Origin: Octopus vulgaris
Taxonomy: Eukaryota
NCBI GenBank assembly: GCA_951406725.2
Contig: OX597826.1
Location: 9,114,001 to 9,178,000, forward strand
Length of the DNA: 64,000 bases
Direction of reading: 5' to 3'
The position numbers and the translations under genes were made by a program. Below the pieces are notes generated by a model that searched no databases, was not told the origin of the DNA, and saw only the letters and a list, made by a program, of their open reading frames with translations. Of the stretch, positions 51,408 through 63,734 are shown one piece after another; within the stretch, counting starts at the first letter, position 1, and every line of letters begins with the position of its first letter.

Positions 51408-51864
51408 TCATTGCAACTTTGCCTTTTCTGGACATAATGTACGTACTGTCATTTCAGTACTTTACAGAGACAAAGTTACAAATGAATATATTTAAAGAAT
51501 TTTTAAAATAATGAAAAAAAAATGAGGATACAAATTTAATAAAATGACTATGTTAAATAAATTAAATTAAACTAAATTAATATTGAATAGAATATAATTA
51601 CAAGTAGCATTTGCCTTTTCTGAACAGCCTTACTACAAACTTCAGCACTGCTCATAGAGACAAAGCCACAAATAATCATATTCTGTTTACTATAAAATTA
51701 ATAAATAAATTATAAATAGTAATTTTTAGCATGCAAATAAACTCCATGTTTGAAAATTTAAAAATAGTGAAAATTGACTGTTAAAATATTTGAATTTTTG
51801 CCATTTGCCTTTTTCTGAACAGCCCTACTACATGATTCAGTAATGCTCATAGAGACAAAATAAA
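51408..51864 (-). ncRNA. Array of three related RNA hairpins (pre-miRNA-cluster-like)
   Basis: Copies at 51408-51485, 51604-51669 and ~51797-51864. Conserved UUUGUCUCU..CUGAA..CAGAAAAGGCAAA on the minus strand. Plus-strand C/A mismatches become G-U pairs on the minus strand. Confidence 0.5.
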
Positions 51865-52639
51865 AAAAAAAAAGAAATTTATTAAATAATTTTGTTATTA
51901 AAATAATTCATTAAAAAATGGACTTTTAAAAAGCCATATTACAAAAAATTAAGCAAAAGAAATTTAATTTTTTATAAAAAAATAATTTAGACTAATGAAA
52001 ATAAATATTAGAACTCTTTGTATTGATTTGTGTTGTCTTTTATCTTTTATTGTGTTTACGTGCCTAAGAAATAGCTTAGTTCATATATGAGTAGTGTCCC
52101 TTTAATATCATGCAAAAATTGATAAAAATTTGAGAATCAAAATTAAATATCTTTTTTTTCTAATGGATAAAATTTTTATGAAATCTTTACTAATATATTC
52201 CTTTAACATTTCTCTTTTATATTAATATCAATATAATAACTCTTAATCAAAATTAAAAGACTGGTGTGGATTCAAAGTGTCGATGTCGAGTGTTACTACC
52301 CGTCAGTCAACCAGTTTGGTCTATACATTTTTTCTCTTAACTTTTGTTCTACTGCAACAGATTTTAAGTATTTATGTCTAAATGTAGCTTAACACTAGTC
52401 AAACATAATGAAAAAGCTAAATTTGATTTCGATTAAAACTGAATTAGTGAGACTGCTTGGAAGATGCTGACTGCGGCAAAAAAGCTACGTTAAGAATATT
52501 ATTCAACTCCTACCATTGTTGAATGATAGAATAATTCTTAAAACTATCTGAATTATGTATACACTTCAGCAATGTAACTACACTCATGCTGTTGGTGATT
52601 TTTTTTTTTCCTTTTTCGGATTTTCCCCTTTTACTTTCA

Positions 52640-53910
52640 GTGTTCCAAATTATTAATGAGTGGTCCGATAACTGTGTAATTATGGGTTGTGAATGTTACT
52701 TAACTACTTCAGAGAAATTTGTTATTACTTCTGAGCTTTTGAAAGGTAAATCAGTGTTAGAAATATCTAGAATAATTGAAAGATATCACTAAACTGTGAA
52801 AAAGTTTGTAACAGCTCCTATGACGATATGTAAGAGAGCTGAAAAGGGTCAGTTGAGGGCTGTTTCTTAATGTTCTCTGTCACAAATTAGGCATGAAGCA
52901 GTAAGGAATCCAGGTCTTTTCAAGCACACTGGCAAAACAACTGTGTCCAGAACTACCCAATGTTGTCTTCTGAAAAAGATTGGTAAACCAGTGACATCAA
53001 TTAAAAGGCCTCTTTTAAACAAAATACGCATACAAAAATCATCTGAAATACGCAGAAGATAACATGAAGGTTGACTTTTCAAAAGTTTTGTTTACAGATG
53101 AAACTTTTGCTACCCTTGATGGACCCAATGCTTGGAGCAAGATATGGATTGTAAATAGACGGGATTGTCATCAATGCTTGAGATGCCAACAAGAGGGGAG
53201 GAGGCATCATGATTTAGGAAGGTATTGTTGGAGGTATCAGGGTTGGTTCTAGGAAAGTGCCTGATGGTGCTAAAATGGCTGCAGATGCTTACATAGCTCT
53301 TTCTATAGTAATTCTGACTTTACCATCATACTCTTGCCTCTTTCACCAACCTTCAAGACAACTATAGCATTCATGCAGGACAATGCACCCTCACACTCAG
53401 TGAAGGAAACTACAAAGTATCTGCAACAATTAGGCCTCTATGGACCTCTAAAGATGCAGTGGCCTGCCTGTACTCCTGACCCAATAGACATCTTGTGGAG
53501 TATTCTAAAGCGATGAGACTGGATGCCACTTTAGGAGCAAGGATGAACTGTGGCAGGCAATAGTGGATGTATCCTGTGATCATCAGAGGAGATCCAGAAA
53601 TTAGCATGTTCTATGGACCAGTATTTTTTCCAACTTATTTCAAACAAACACTCATATATTCCTTACTAACCAGCTCGCCTATCATTTTTGAACACTGTTT
53701 GTTTGTTTATTTCTATTTCTTCCATGTTTATGACTGTATGTGTTCATTTCAGTATGTACATCAGACAATTAAACTGGTATTTTCTTGATTACATGAGTTT
53801 TAATTACACTTCATTAATAATTTGAATCTGTGAAAGTTTATGTAAATTTGGTAAATGGCCGTAATTTCTGTGTTGTTTTACAGAACCTAACATCTTTTAC
53901 ACACCATATA
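52640..53910 (+). mobile_element. Decayed Tc1-like transposon
   Basis: HTH (ELLKGKSVLEISRIIER), DFSKVLFTDETFATLDGP, FMQDNAPSH, WPACTPD..LWSILKR. Ends are uncertain and may begin near 52260. Confidence 0.85.
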
Positions 53911-54019
53911 CATAGAGCTCTTGCCATCATTCTGTGAAAATTTCACTGGATTCTAACAAGTAGTTTAAAAAAAGAATGTTACATTGTTAATAATTTGAAA
54001 CGCTGTGTATGTGTATGTG

Positions 54020-54074
<55 letters not shown>

Positions 54075-54076
<2 letters not shown>

Positions 54077-54447
54077 CATCATCATCATCATCCGTTTTCC
54101 ATGCTAGCATGGGTTGGACGGTTCGACCGGGGTCTGGTAAGCCATGGAGGCTGCACCAGGCTCTAGTCTGATTTGACAATGTTTCTACAGCTGGATGTTT
54201 TTCCTAACGCCAACCACTCTGTGAGTGTAGTGGGTGGTTTTTTACGTGCCACCTACACAGGGGCCAGAGCAGGCTGGCAAATGGCCTCGATTGGTTGGTG
54301 CTTTTACGTGTCATCGACACGAACGACAGTCAGGCGGCGCTAGTTCAGATGGTGCTTTTTACGTGCCACCAGTACGGGTGTCTTAACTACATTTTCCATT
54401 TGAATTTTTATTTTGATGTTGACGTACTTGACTCAACAGGTCTCCTC
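54075..54447 (-). mobile_element. SINE family B
   Basis: catcatcatccgttttccatgctagcatgggttggacggttcgaccgggg. Confidence 0.8.
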
Positions 54448-54450
54448 ATA

Positions 54451-54482
<32 letters not shown>

Positions 54483-54484
54483 GA

Positions 54485-54680
54485 GTCAAATCAAATAAAC
54501 GAACAATAAAATTAACAATAACAAACAACAAGAGGACATGCACAAGGAATGAATTAGTTTGACACTCAGTGAAACGAGCGTATTTGATGTTCCGAACATA
54601 GCTCTTCATTGGAAAAGAAAAGGGTAAAGCCCAAAGAAGGAAAAAAATCTCCAACAGCATATGTGTAGTTACATTGCTGA
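54485..54680 (-). mobile_element. Penelope-like terminal repeat relic with a decayed hammerhead (54583-54618)
   Basis: rc ttttCCAATGAaGAGCtatGTTCGGAACatcaaa has the same architecture as 12076, with a mutated core. Confidence 0.4.
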
Positions 54681-54684
54681 AGTA

Positions 54685-54732
<48 letters not shown>

Positions 54733-54743
54733 GTACACACATA

Positions 54744-55910
54744 TGTAGGTGGGCTGAAAAGTTCATGGGGGTAACTATGAAGGAGTGATGCTAGGGCTGT
54801 GAAATTTTGCATGCATTAATTTCTGTTCTACTTATTAATAACTGCATTGTTATTTTCCAGCTAAACTGACATCTGACAGTTCAAAGAAGACTTCAAGGAG
54901 AAAACATTGGTTGTGTTTCATGGCATGATAATGAATAACTTTTGATTGACTATAAATCAAATTAGCCAATGCTATTAGCATATCTCATAAGAGTTGAGAA
55001 TATTCAGCACAATGGACTTGGCATGGTGGAGGCACATGGCCTAGTGGTTAGAGCAGTGGACATGCGGCGAGGGATCACCGGTTCAAATCTCAGACCAGGC
55101 GATGTGTGTGTTTATGAGTGAAAACAGCTAAGCTCCACACAGCTCCGGCAGAAGGTAACGGCGAACTTCTACTGACTCTTTCGCCACAACTTTCTCTCAC
55201 TCTTTCTTCCTGCTTTCTTGCAGCTCACCTGCGACGGACTGGCGTCCTGTCCAGGTGGGGAACCTATATGCCAAGAAACCCGGAAACCGGCCCTTATGAG
55301 CCAGGCAGGGCTCGAGAAGGAACAAACAAACAAATAAAACTTGGCATGAGAAAGGCTTCTGCTCGGTGGGTGCCACATCTTCTGACACCAAGGTTGATCA
55401 CATCACGGGGGAAAAATCTGATATGGTTTGAAGCAGACCCAGCTAGTTTCCTTGAATGTTTCATAACCCAGGATGATTGTTGGGTTTATCACTTTGAGCC
55501 AGAGACAAAGAGACTACCAATGCAGCAGAAACACCCTGCCTCACCTGCTCCAAAAAAGGCCAAGGTTGTTTCATTTTCAGGCAAGTTGATGGCCTCAGTT
55601 TTTTTGTGAAGCAAAAGGCATTGTATTTATCTTCAAAGATTCCATACCATCAATAGAGAGTATTTTGTCAACTTGCTGAGGCAGTTACAAAAGTTTATGA
55701 AGAAGAAATGCCCAGAAAAACTGATGGAAGAAGTCTTGTGTCATCAGGACAATACTCCAGCACACAAGCTGTTGGTTTCGCTGGCTGTTGTGCGTGACTG
55801 TGGCTTTGAACTAGTTGATCACCCTCCCTATTCTCCTGATTTGGCCCCATCTGACTAACACCTGTTCCCTGACATGAAAAAACATTTGGCTGAGAAGCAG
55901 TATCGCAGCC
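54744..55910 (+). mobile_element. Internally deleted mariner (DD34D) interrupted by a SINE
   Basis: LGMRKASARWVPHLLT, ITQDDCWVYHFEPETK, HQDNTPAH, HPPYSPDLAPSD. Ends gtaggtgggctg and cagcctacccca-TA. Confidence 0.9.
55026..55338 (+). mobile_element. Young tRNA-derived SINE (family F) with (AAAC)n tail and 10-bp TSD
   Basis: A box tggcctagtgg, B box ggttcaaatc; TSD ACTTGGCATG at 55016-55025 and 55339-55348. Confidence 0.9.
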
Positions 55911-55918
55911 TACCCCCA

Positions 55919-55954
<36 letters not shown>

Positions 55955-56029
55955 TATTATACCAACAGTATATTGGATAAGTATTATCCCTTAGTGGATT
56001 GGATCCACAACCCCTAACTTTCTTGGTGG

Positions 56030-56061
<32 letters not shown>

Positions 56062-57239
56062 TATATATACAGATACAATCATATTGTATACTGTTCATAC
56101 ATATACTGTATATATCCTCCATATACTTGCTGTATCTGCTGTAAGCTTTGGTTACACAAGAGGCTATTAGAGACAGCTGGCTCTGTTGTAATAATTAGAT
56201 AAATTCTCTTAAATATCTAGAATATTCACTAGAAGTAGTTGACAGTTTCTGATGTGACATAATTAGCATTAGAGGTAATGGTTCTGATAGTAGTGTAGCC
56301 AGGATAAGTTTGATTTAGAGCTCTGCTGGCTACAAAGACCTTCTCCCTCAGAGTGAAGAGCAACTTGTATGATGATTGTATTTGCATTGAAATGTCTTAT
56401 TGTAGTGAGACATAAGCCTTGAATACAAAGGTTAGATGGATGGTGTTAACATTCATGAACTGGGTATAAAGGAATTGGATCTAGTGTGAGAGAGGGAAGG
56501 CTGCACTGATATGAACATGTGATCTATATATACAGAGAATGGTTGCTGCTTAAGAAGGTGCCAAGTGCTCCAAGCTAGTGGAACCTGTTGAAGAAGGAGA
56601 CTATTTCTCCTGCACTTTCTCACCACTCAGATTGCTTGCATAATACTGAATTATATGGGGACTACTTGCAATCAGTTCCATCCATTTTTCAACCTCATCA
56701 CATGGCCTGTATAGATTGTTATGTATAAGGGAATGCATGGAAACGTCTCTGCCGAATTCATTCTAACTTCATTTCTGTATTGCTACCTGTCTGTCTGTCT
56801 GTCTGTCTCTCTCCTCTGAGCCACTTCCTTTGTCACTCATCACTTACTCATGTCTCTGTTCCAGTCTTTACCTCAGTCATTCTGTCTTTACCATCATACT
56901 CTTGCCTCTTTCACCAACCTGTTCTGGTATCTCAGCTGTTGCTGCACTCTTTCCTATTCCCTTCTTCGGTCACATTATGTGAACGAAAAATATACATCTC
57001 AGTGCATTGAGTATTCGGCACTTAAATTGTGCAAGGTATACCATTTTGTGCTGAAGTCACTGTTAAAGCCCCCATGTCATCTACCTGTGCTCTCCACTGG
57101 ATTGATTTGGTGAGTGAGCAGAAGAAAAGTAGGGTCTGAAGTTCCCTTTAGCTCCTCTGAGGATTTGTCAACTTCTCTGGTGTTGGTACCATGAGAAAAA
57201 TGCACAAAGGACACTGTATAATGTGTGTGTGTGCAACAC

Positions 57240-57418
57240 ACACACATAGATATATGTATACATTGTATATGTACACATGTATGTATGTACATCATTTTGT
57301 ATGTTTTTCCATGCTGGCATATATATGCTATAAGCCTATATTTATGATTATATAGATACATACATGTGTATGTACTTGTGTTTATATGTGTGTGTATGTA
57401 GATATGTGTGTGTGCGTG

Positions 57419-57449
<31 letters not shown>

Positions 57450-57640
57450 GTGTGTATATATATATATATATGTATATATATACATATGTGTGTATGTATA
57501 TATATATACATACATACATACATACATGTGTGTGTATATATATACATATGTGTGTATGTATATATATATATATATATATATATACATACATACACACACA
57601 TGTATGTGTGCATGTGTGTGTATATGTGTGATATATATAT
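57240..57640. repeat. Compound (TA)/(TG)/(CA) microsatellite
   Basis: Direct inspection. Similar tracts at 10100-10295, 18285-18590 and 49070-49230. Confidence 0.9.
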
Positions 57641-57889
57641 AATAGCTCTTCTTTTATGTGTGTTATATTGAAAAGAGGACTGTATTTAAGTTTGATCTTT
57701 TTTTATGAAGGTTTTTTCATATTTCTTTATTAGTGTTTCTGTGACAGGATTGTACAAGGAAATGTTGATGGTTGTATGAACTTTATTGTTTGCAAACTAG
57801 ACATAAAAGTCTAATAAGGAAATATGAAAAAATTCTTAATAATAACAAAAGATCAAACGTGAGCACAGTTGTTATATCTATATAACACT

Positions 57890-57921
<32 letters not shown>

Positions 57922-58429
57922 TACATACACACACGTAAATGTGTATATATAAAACCTGGGTTTTCTTAGGCATGTGTTTTTCACTAAGCTATGGTTGAGT
58001 GAGTCAATGAGGAAATGATACTGCATCCCTGGAAAAAATTATATTTAGTTCCCTTGTGGTCCTGTTCTTCTTGCTGTAAATATGTACTGTATCGTTTATC
58101 ACAGTAATCAAATACTGTATAATTGAAAATTGTTCTGTGTTCATCTAGCTTTGCAGCACTGGGCCTTATATTAATCCCACGGGTTTGAATATATCAATGA
58201 GAAACCATATCGGTGTGTTTACATGGATTATTAGATAATAATGAAGTCTTTGGATTGCAGGAGAGGACATTTTACTCTCATTTGATTTGCCTTGATGCTT
58301 TGATAGAATGTTTAATGTGAGCTTTGAACTCAAAATGTAATTGATCTGGTGAGAAGAGAAATTTTCTGAAACCTTCAAGTTTTATTTATTTATTTTATGT
58401 GCCAACCGGTGAGCAATTGCATTCTTGCT

Positions 58430-58960
58430 TAAAGTATCCAATGAACCAATCTCTGTTGCATGGCATTTCTGACGGTGAGAGAAGCACAGTAGTCTATACC
58501 TTAAAGCATAACAAATATTGGGAAGAATATCATTGAAAGAGCAGGTCCCTTTTTAGCTTCCTTGCTCATCTTTATTTCTTCTGCTTCAATGCAATGATAT
58601 TTTCCACGGTTTTTTTCCTACCAAATATTGGTATCCTGTATATAGATTTTTAGGCCAACTTTTCCTTTTTCTTGAAGTCTATCGAAACTTATAGATTACG
58701 CATTGATCTGCTCATGGTGACCTGATTTACCTGCATAAGGATCTGTAAGATATTTTGCATCAACCTATTTAATTCCTTCTTTTCTGTTACTATATTTTTA
58801 CCTTCCTTTTTATAGTGTGTTATGACTGAAAACATCAGTGGAGTCAAGACATTGCCCTCTAGCACACTATTTACAATTCTGAATTTCTGTGATAAACTAC
58901 CCATTGACATGCACTCGACATTTACTATCATTATGCAGTTCCTTTTTCAGGCTGATATAT
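58430..58960 (-). mobile_element. Old RTE-like LINE reverse transcriptase fragment
   Basis: rc gives NSVLEGNVLTPLMF (QG..LSP.LF motif) and ..GKVGLKIYIQDT (GL.IN..KT motif). Confidence 0.6.
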
Positions 58961-59441
58961 ATTTTTCTGGTAATATATTTCATAGATGATTGTCATAATT
59001 CCATAGATCTTATGAAGCTAAGACAGAAATGAATTGAAATTGAAAAACAACTGCATAACATTTGTGTGAATAAATGCCAGAGTACAAGTGAGGCAAGAGA
59101 AAAACTGAATACAGGTGCAAGAAAGGAAGCTGTGATGGTCTGGGTGTGTGAAACATAGGAAAGCTGACTGCTGCATAACGAGGTGGCTAGTGCTCCGAAT
59201 TAATAGAACTTTTGGAAAAGGGATACTAAGTAAGACTTAGAATAAAGTGGTAAAACCTGACCTGAAAATGCTACGTTTCAAGGAGGAGATAACAAAGCTC
59301 CGTGCTGATTGGTGATATGTAGTGCATCAAAAGACTTGCCTACCCTTTGCAAAACATACCCTGACATAAAGAAAGTATTTAGAGGCTGAAATATTTTGTA
59401 CCCTGCTAAACTTACATTTGCTGCATCGTACCCTAACTTTT

Positions 59442-59726
59442 TGTGGAGCAGCGGACTTGCGATTGAGGGATTGCGGGTTCGAATCTCAAATGGGGCGATG
59501 TGTATATTTATGGGCGAAACACCTAAGCTCCACGCGGCTCTGGCAGAAGGTAATGGCGAACTTCTGCTGACTCTTCCGCCACAACTTTCTCTAACTCTTT
59601 CCTCCTGCATCTAGCAGCTCACCTGCGACGGACTGGCATCCCGTCCAGGTAGGGAACCTATATGTCAATGAAACCGGGAAACTGGCCGTTATGAGCCACG
59701 CATGGCTTGAGAAGGAACAAACAAAC
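59442..59726 (+). mobile_element. SINE family F second copy
   Basis: cctaagctccacgcggctc.ggcagaaggtaatggcgaacttct..gaaggaacaaacaaac, matching 55026-55338. Confidence 0.88.
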
Positions 59727-60740
59727 TTTTTGAGCCTCTATTTGCTTTCATCACCTATTTCTCGTGTTGCCTTTTTTTTTATCCATCTTTTCATCACTCA
59801 TCTCCCTACCACCTGTGCTAACCATATCATCCTCATTGCTCAGTCTCTATTGGCTTTCACTGGTGCTATGTATAAGAGACTGCATCATACCATCTTCATA
59901 TCTCTCTTTCCCCACTGTACACACTAATTTTGCCCACATGTGTCACCGACTGTCATTCTCTCTCTCATGGGTCACTTCTCTTACCACCCATCACCTATTT
60001 TACCATTATCTCATCACCCTTCATTACCTTTGTCCACCTCTGCAAATATTAATCATTTCTCTCTTGACTCCACTCCAAATCACTCAACCATTTCCTTCAC
60101 ACTCTTGCTGCTTTCACCCAGCCATCCACCCTGCTCCTTCTGATATCATCACATTCCTCTCATTAGTCACCTTAGCAAATGTACAATGCTGGAGGTTATC
60201 GATCATTCTCTACCCTTATGCTCTTGATCCTCTCTTAGCCATCCATTGCTAGTCTTTCTGTTGTCATAGTTCTCTCTTAATCTCCTCCTCAACCTGTACT
60301 TCTTAGCTTGATGAGTATGCAGCATTTATTGTGTATAAACAGGCTCTTCTCTGTGCTGGTGCTGCAGCAAAGACCCACTCACTTGCTGCTTTCCCTCTGC
60401 AATGATTAGTGAGCACGATAACCTCTCTAGTGCTGGTATCACAAAAGATGGACCCTGCTCACTCTATTAAGTGGTTGGCAAATGAGCAGGGAAAAGCTGG
60501 TCTGTGAGTCCTGCTGAGATCTATTCGACCTCTCTGGTGTTGATTGAATGAGGAAGTGCACTTAGTACACTCTGTGAAGAGGTTGGTGACAGGAAAGGTA
60601 ACCAAACCAAATATGTACTAGCCCCAGTTTATGAAACTAGTTGTCCCTTATTAGAAATAATTTGCAAGACACCTCCAACCCATGTTAGCACGCATGGAAA
60701 GCAGATATAAAAATTATCAACTATGCCCTCTTTTCCTCTT

Positions 60741-60774
<34 letters not shown>

Positions 60775-62449
60775 CACATATACATGTATATGCATACATA
60801 TCCACACACATAATATTTTTATACTGTATTTAAAATATATAATGGGTGCTACTTAAGTTTCATGGAAGGAAGTTCCATATAGAGCTTTGCATAAAGATGA
60901 TATCTGATTTATCAGCAGTAGAGAGTTCTCTCTCCCTCCCCTTGTTGTATGCTCTCTTAGTGACAGATTTAATTCCTTTAAATGGAATTAAGCATCTTTT
61001 GAGGACTAGAATTAAATCTCTTATTGAGGCAGTGGAATTGGTCATTTCAACAATAGACAGTAGTCGTATGTATGACAAAACTGTATAATTTATGTGCATA
61101 TTATATATGTATGTTGGTGGATAGCTTTGTACAAATGCAGTGCACGGATGCGTAAAATGTGTGTACTGATGTGTGTTTGCATGTGCGTTTTGGTGATGCA
61201 TGTAAATGAATATGTGTACAAATACGTGTATATGCATGTTTTGTGGGGTTTTTTTTAGTTTGTTGCAGTCATTACAGCTGAGGTTGTGTTTTGGAGCACC
61301 TGTATATGCGTGTGTAAGCGTGTGTGTATAGATTACACAGTCATGCAATGAAATATATAAAATCTAATCTGAATCAATATATGTTGAATATATTTAAGTT
61401 TGGGCTTCGTTTACACACACACACACACACACACGCACGGGGACACATCTGTGTTTCTGTGAGTGTCAATATATGCATATATGAATATATATGAGTATGT
61501 TAAAATATGTATATTGACAACAATGAATTATTTTGTGCAAAAACATCATTTTTATTTATATTTTAATATATTCCATTTTTTTCTTCTTTCTGATGTTGTT
61601 GTTGTTGTTTCTTCTACTTCTCCTTATTTATTCCATGTAAACATTATTACCGTAGCAATATATGGAAGTGTCTCTAAATAGGAATCTTTGTTGTTTTATT
61701 GAAAAATCAAAATTTTTAAGATCTTTGCCAAGTTTATTTTTATTTATTTGTTTTTTTTCTTTTCGTGGGGGTGTGTGGCTGGTTGGTTTCTTGTGTGGTT
61801 GTTTACTATTGGAATGGTTCCAGTTGCCCAGAAAGTAACTTACACATTCATGGTAATTTGCCAAGAGACAAACGGTTTTAACACTCTTGTTCAAATTTCT
61901 CTTGTTTGGCCTGGAAAATTAAAAATAGCCCTGCAAACCTTTGAGACCCTTGAATTTCCTTACTTGTCTTCTGGTTTACAGGAATTGATTCAAATCTTTC
62001 AATAAACAGCATTCACCTACCCTGTTTCTACACGAAGGACTAAAAGCCTGAGATGTCAAACTCTGAACTCTGCTTTGTTCTTCTTGCAATGTAAACTAAT
62101 TGCTTTGTTTCCATTCCTGAACTCTCTTGGATTATATCATGTTCGCTGATGCCGTAGCCACTTCAGTTTGAACCGGATGGAATTAGTAACTGCTATAAAA
62201 ACATCTATGACCTCACATTTATCTGCTATGTCAAACTTCAAATTCTTTCTTTCTATATAATTTTATATACTTACAAATGCTTACACTAACACATGAAGAG
62301 TATATTCTTAAAAAAAGACTCTCTCACACACTTTGCTAAAGAAACAAGGCTTTAAAACTCATTTATTATCTCCCTTGACTGGAACTTTTCTGTTGAGAAA
62401 CTTCACTCTTTCTTTTATTTCCTTCGGTCATTTGTTTGACATTCTCTTT

Positions 62450-63300
62450 CCTGTCCATGGAGAAGGACTATAGTCCATGTCTGCTGATTAACAATATTTA
62501 ACTATCTTGTTTCTTGATGAATTAGTTTGAAGCTTGAGACATTGAACTCTGACTTCTACTTTGTTTCTCTTACAGCATTAACGAATTATTTTGATTTTTT
62601 ATTCCTCAAATCTTTTGGATTATCACTTATATATGTTGATGCTGTACTCATTCTCTTGATAAGACCTGGACTCCCTATTGACTTTTTTTTTTTGAATATA
62701 CATTGGGAAGGCCTACTACTTTTGAGCTATATTATCATTAGTCACTGTATGTCCTCATTTAACCTTTATCACACTGATTCGACCCTACAATAGTTTCCCC
62801 TGTCACTGCATTATTTTTGAGGGAACAAAAGACATGAGCACCTTCTGTTTTAAAATCATTATAACTTTCATTTTATTGCATGTACAGATTTTATTTTCTG
62901 TGTTCTAATAAAGGAATGAACGAATAATATTTTGAAGTAATGTATTAAGGAATAGATGAAAGAGCTGCCCCTCAAAAATGTATCTCCTTTGGGTCTCTAC
63001 TTTCCTTAAATCAGCCAACCATGGATCATAGTATCTCTTTGGTGTATTGTTCTCAATATAACTGTAAGCACAGTCTATGTCTTTATCATCAGCTTGAATA
63101 ATTTTGCCATCGATATCCACCTCAGTAAAGCCTTCAAAATCATCATCTGAGTCAGAATCAAACAAGATTCCTTCAAGAAAAGCTTCAAATGGGAGAGTGG
63201 TAAAAAATCAAACAAAAACTAAGTTCAATTTCAAAGCTTGATCACTTTGTGGTTTAGTATATAAACAGTGAAAATGGTATCAGAAAACGGAAATTTTGTT
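62450..63300 (-). mobile_element. Highly decayed DNA transposon, piggyBac-like N-terminus
   Basis: Acidic DSDSDDDFEGFTEVD followed by fragments such as LPMY..GSPGLIKRMS. The superfamily call is tentative. Confidence 0.4.
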
Positions 63301-63734
63301 CTGAATCGAATGTAGCCAGTTTACAGCTTAAAGTACTGGAAATAAACCTAGTGGTGTGTTTATTTTAAGCCCCCTTCTCAAGGTGACAAAATGTACCTGC
63401 AGCTACAGGAGAGAGAACTTGTGGGTGACAAATTGTGACAACAGTGCAGAGAAGGTTAATGTCCACATTTCCATGCTTGCATGGGTTAGATGGAATTTGT
63501 TGAGACAGATTTTCTTCATTCAGTTTCCCTTCCTGTTACCAACCCTCACCTTTTTACAAGCAAGGTAATATTTTCCCATGGTCAGACATGCTTTTCCCAG
63601 AAGACGGGACATGAACAATCTTGCTTGTATGATGATGATGCTCATTTACAATGATCACATGTCTTAACAAGGGTACACTTAAATATACACACACACATAT
63701 ATGACCAAGGATATCACATGGTGAAAGATGGGGC

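Noticed and set aside
51604-51864. SECIS interpretation of the hairpin array (AUGA..AA..GA on the minus strand; some Penelope-like Naiad elements carry SECIS)
   Set aside because: Only 9 nt separate AUGA and AA, the UGAG pairs canonically with UUCA instead of forming the GA/GA quartet, and copy 1 lacks AUGA.
51408-51864. CRISPR array or tRNA/NUMT cluster
   Set aside because: Eukaryotic context, long divergent repeats, ~120-bp AT-rich spacers, no cas genes and no cloverleaf.
58150-58322. Possible exon containing EKPYRC (zinc-finger linker-like) and a GTGAGC donor
   Set aside because: That frame stops within a few codons and has no C2H2 pattern. Another frame looks more like a decayed transposase or integrase fragment.
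61600-61830. Possible exon after ..taccgtAG (61655) with ATG at 61662
   Set aside because: No convincing donor, and the reading frame runs into low-complexity T-rich sequence.
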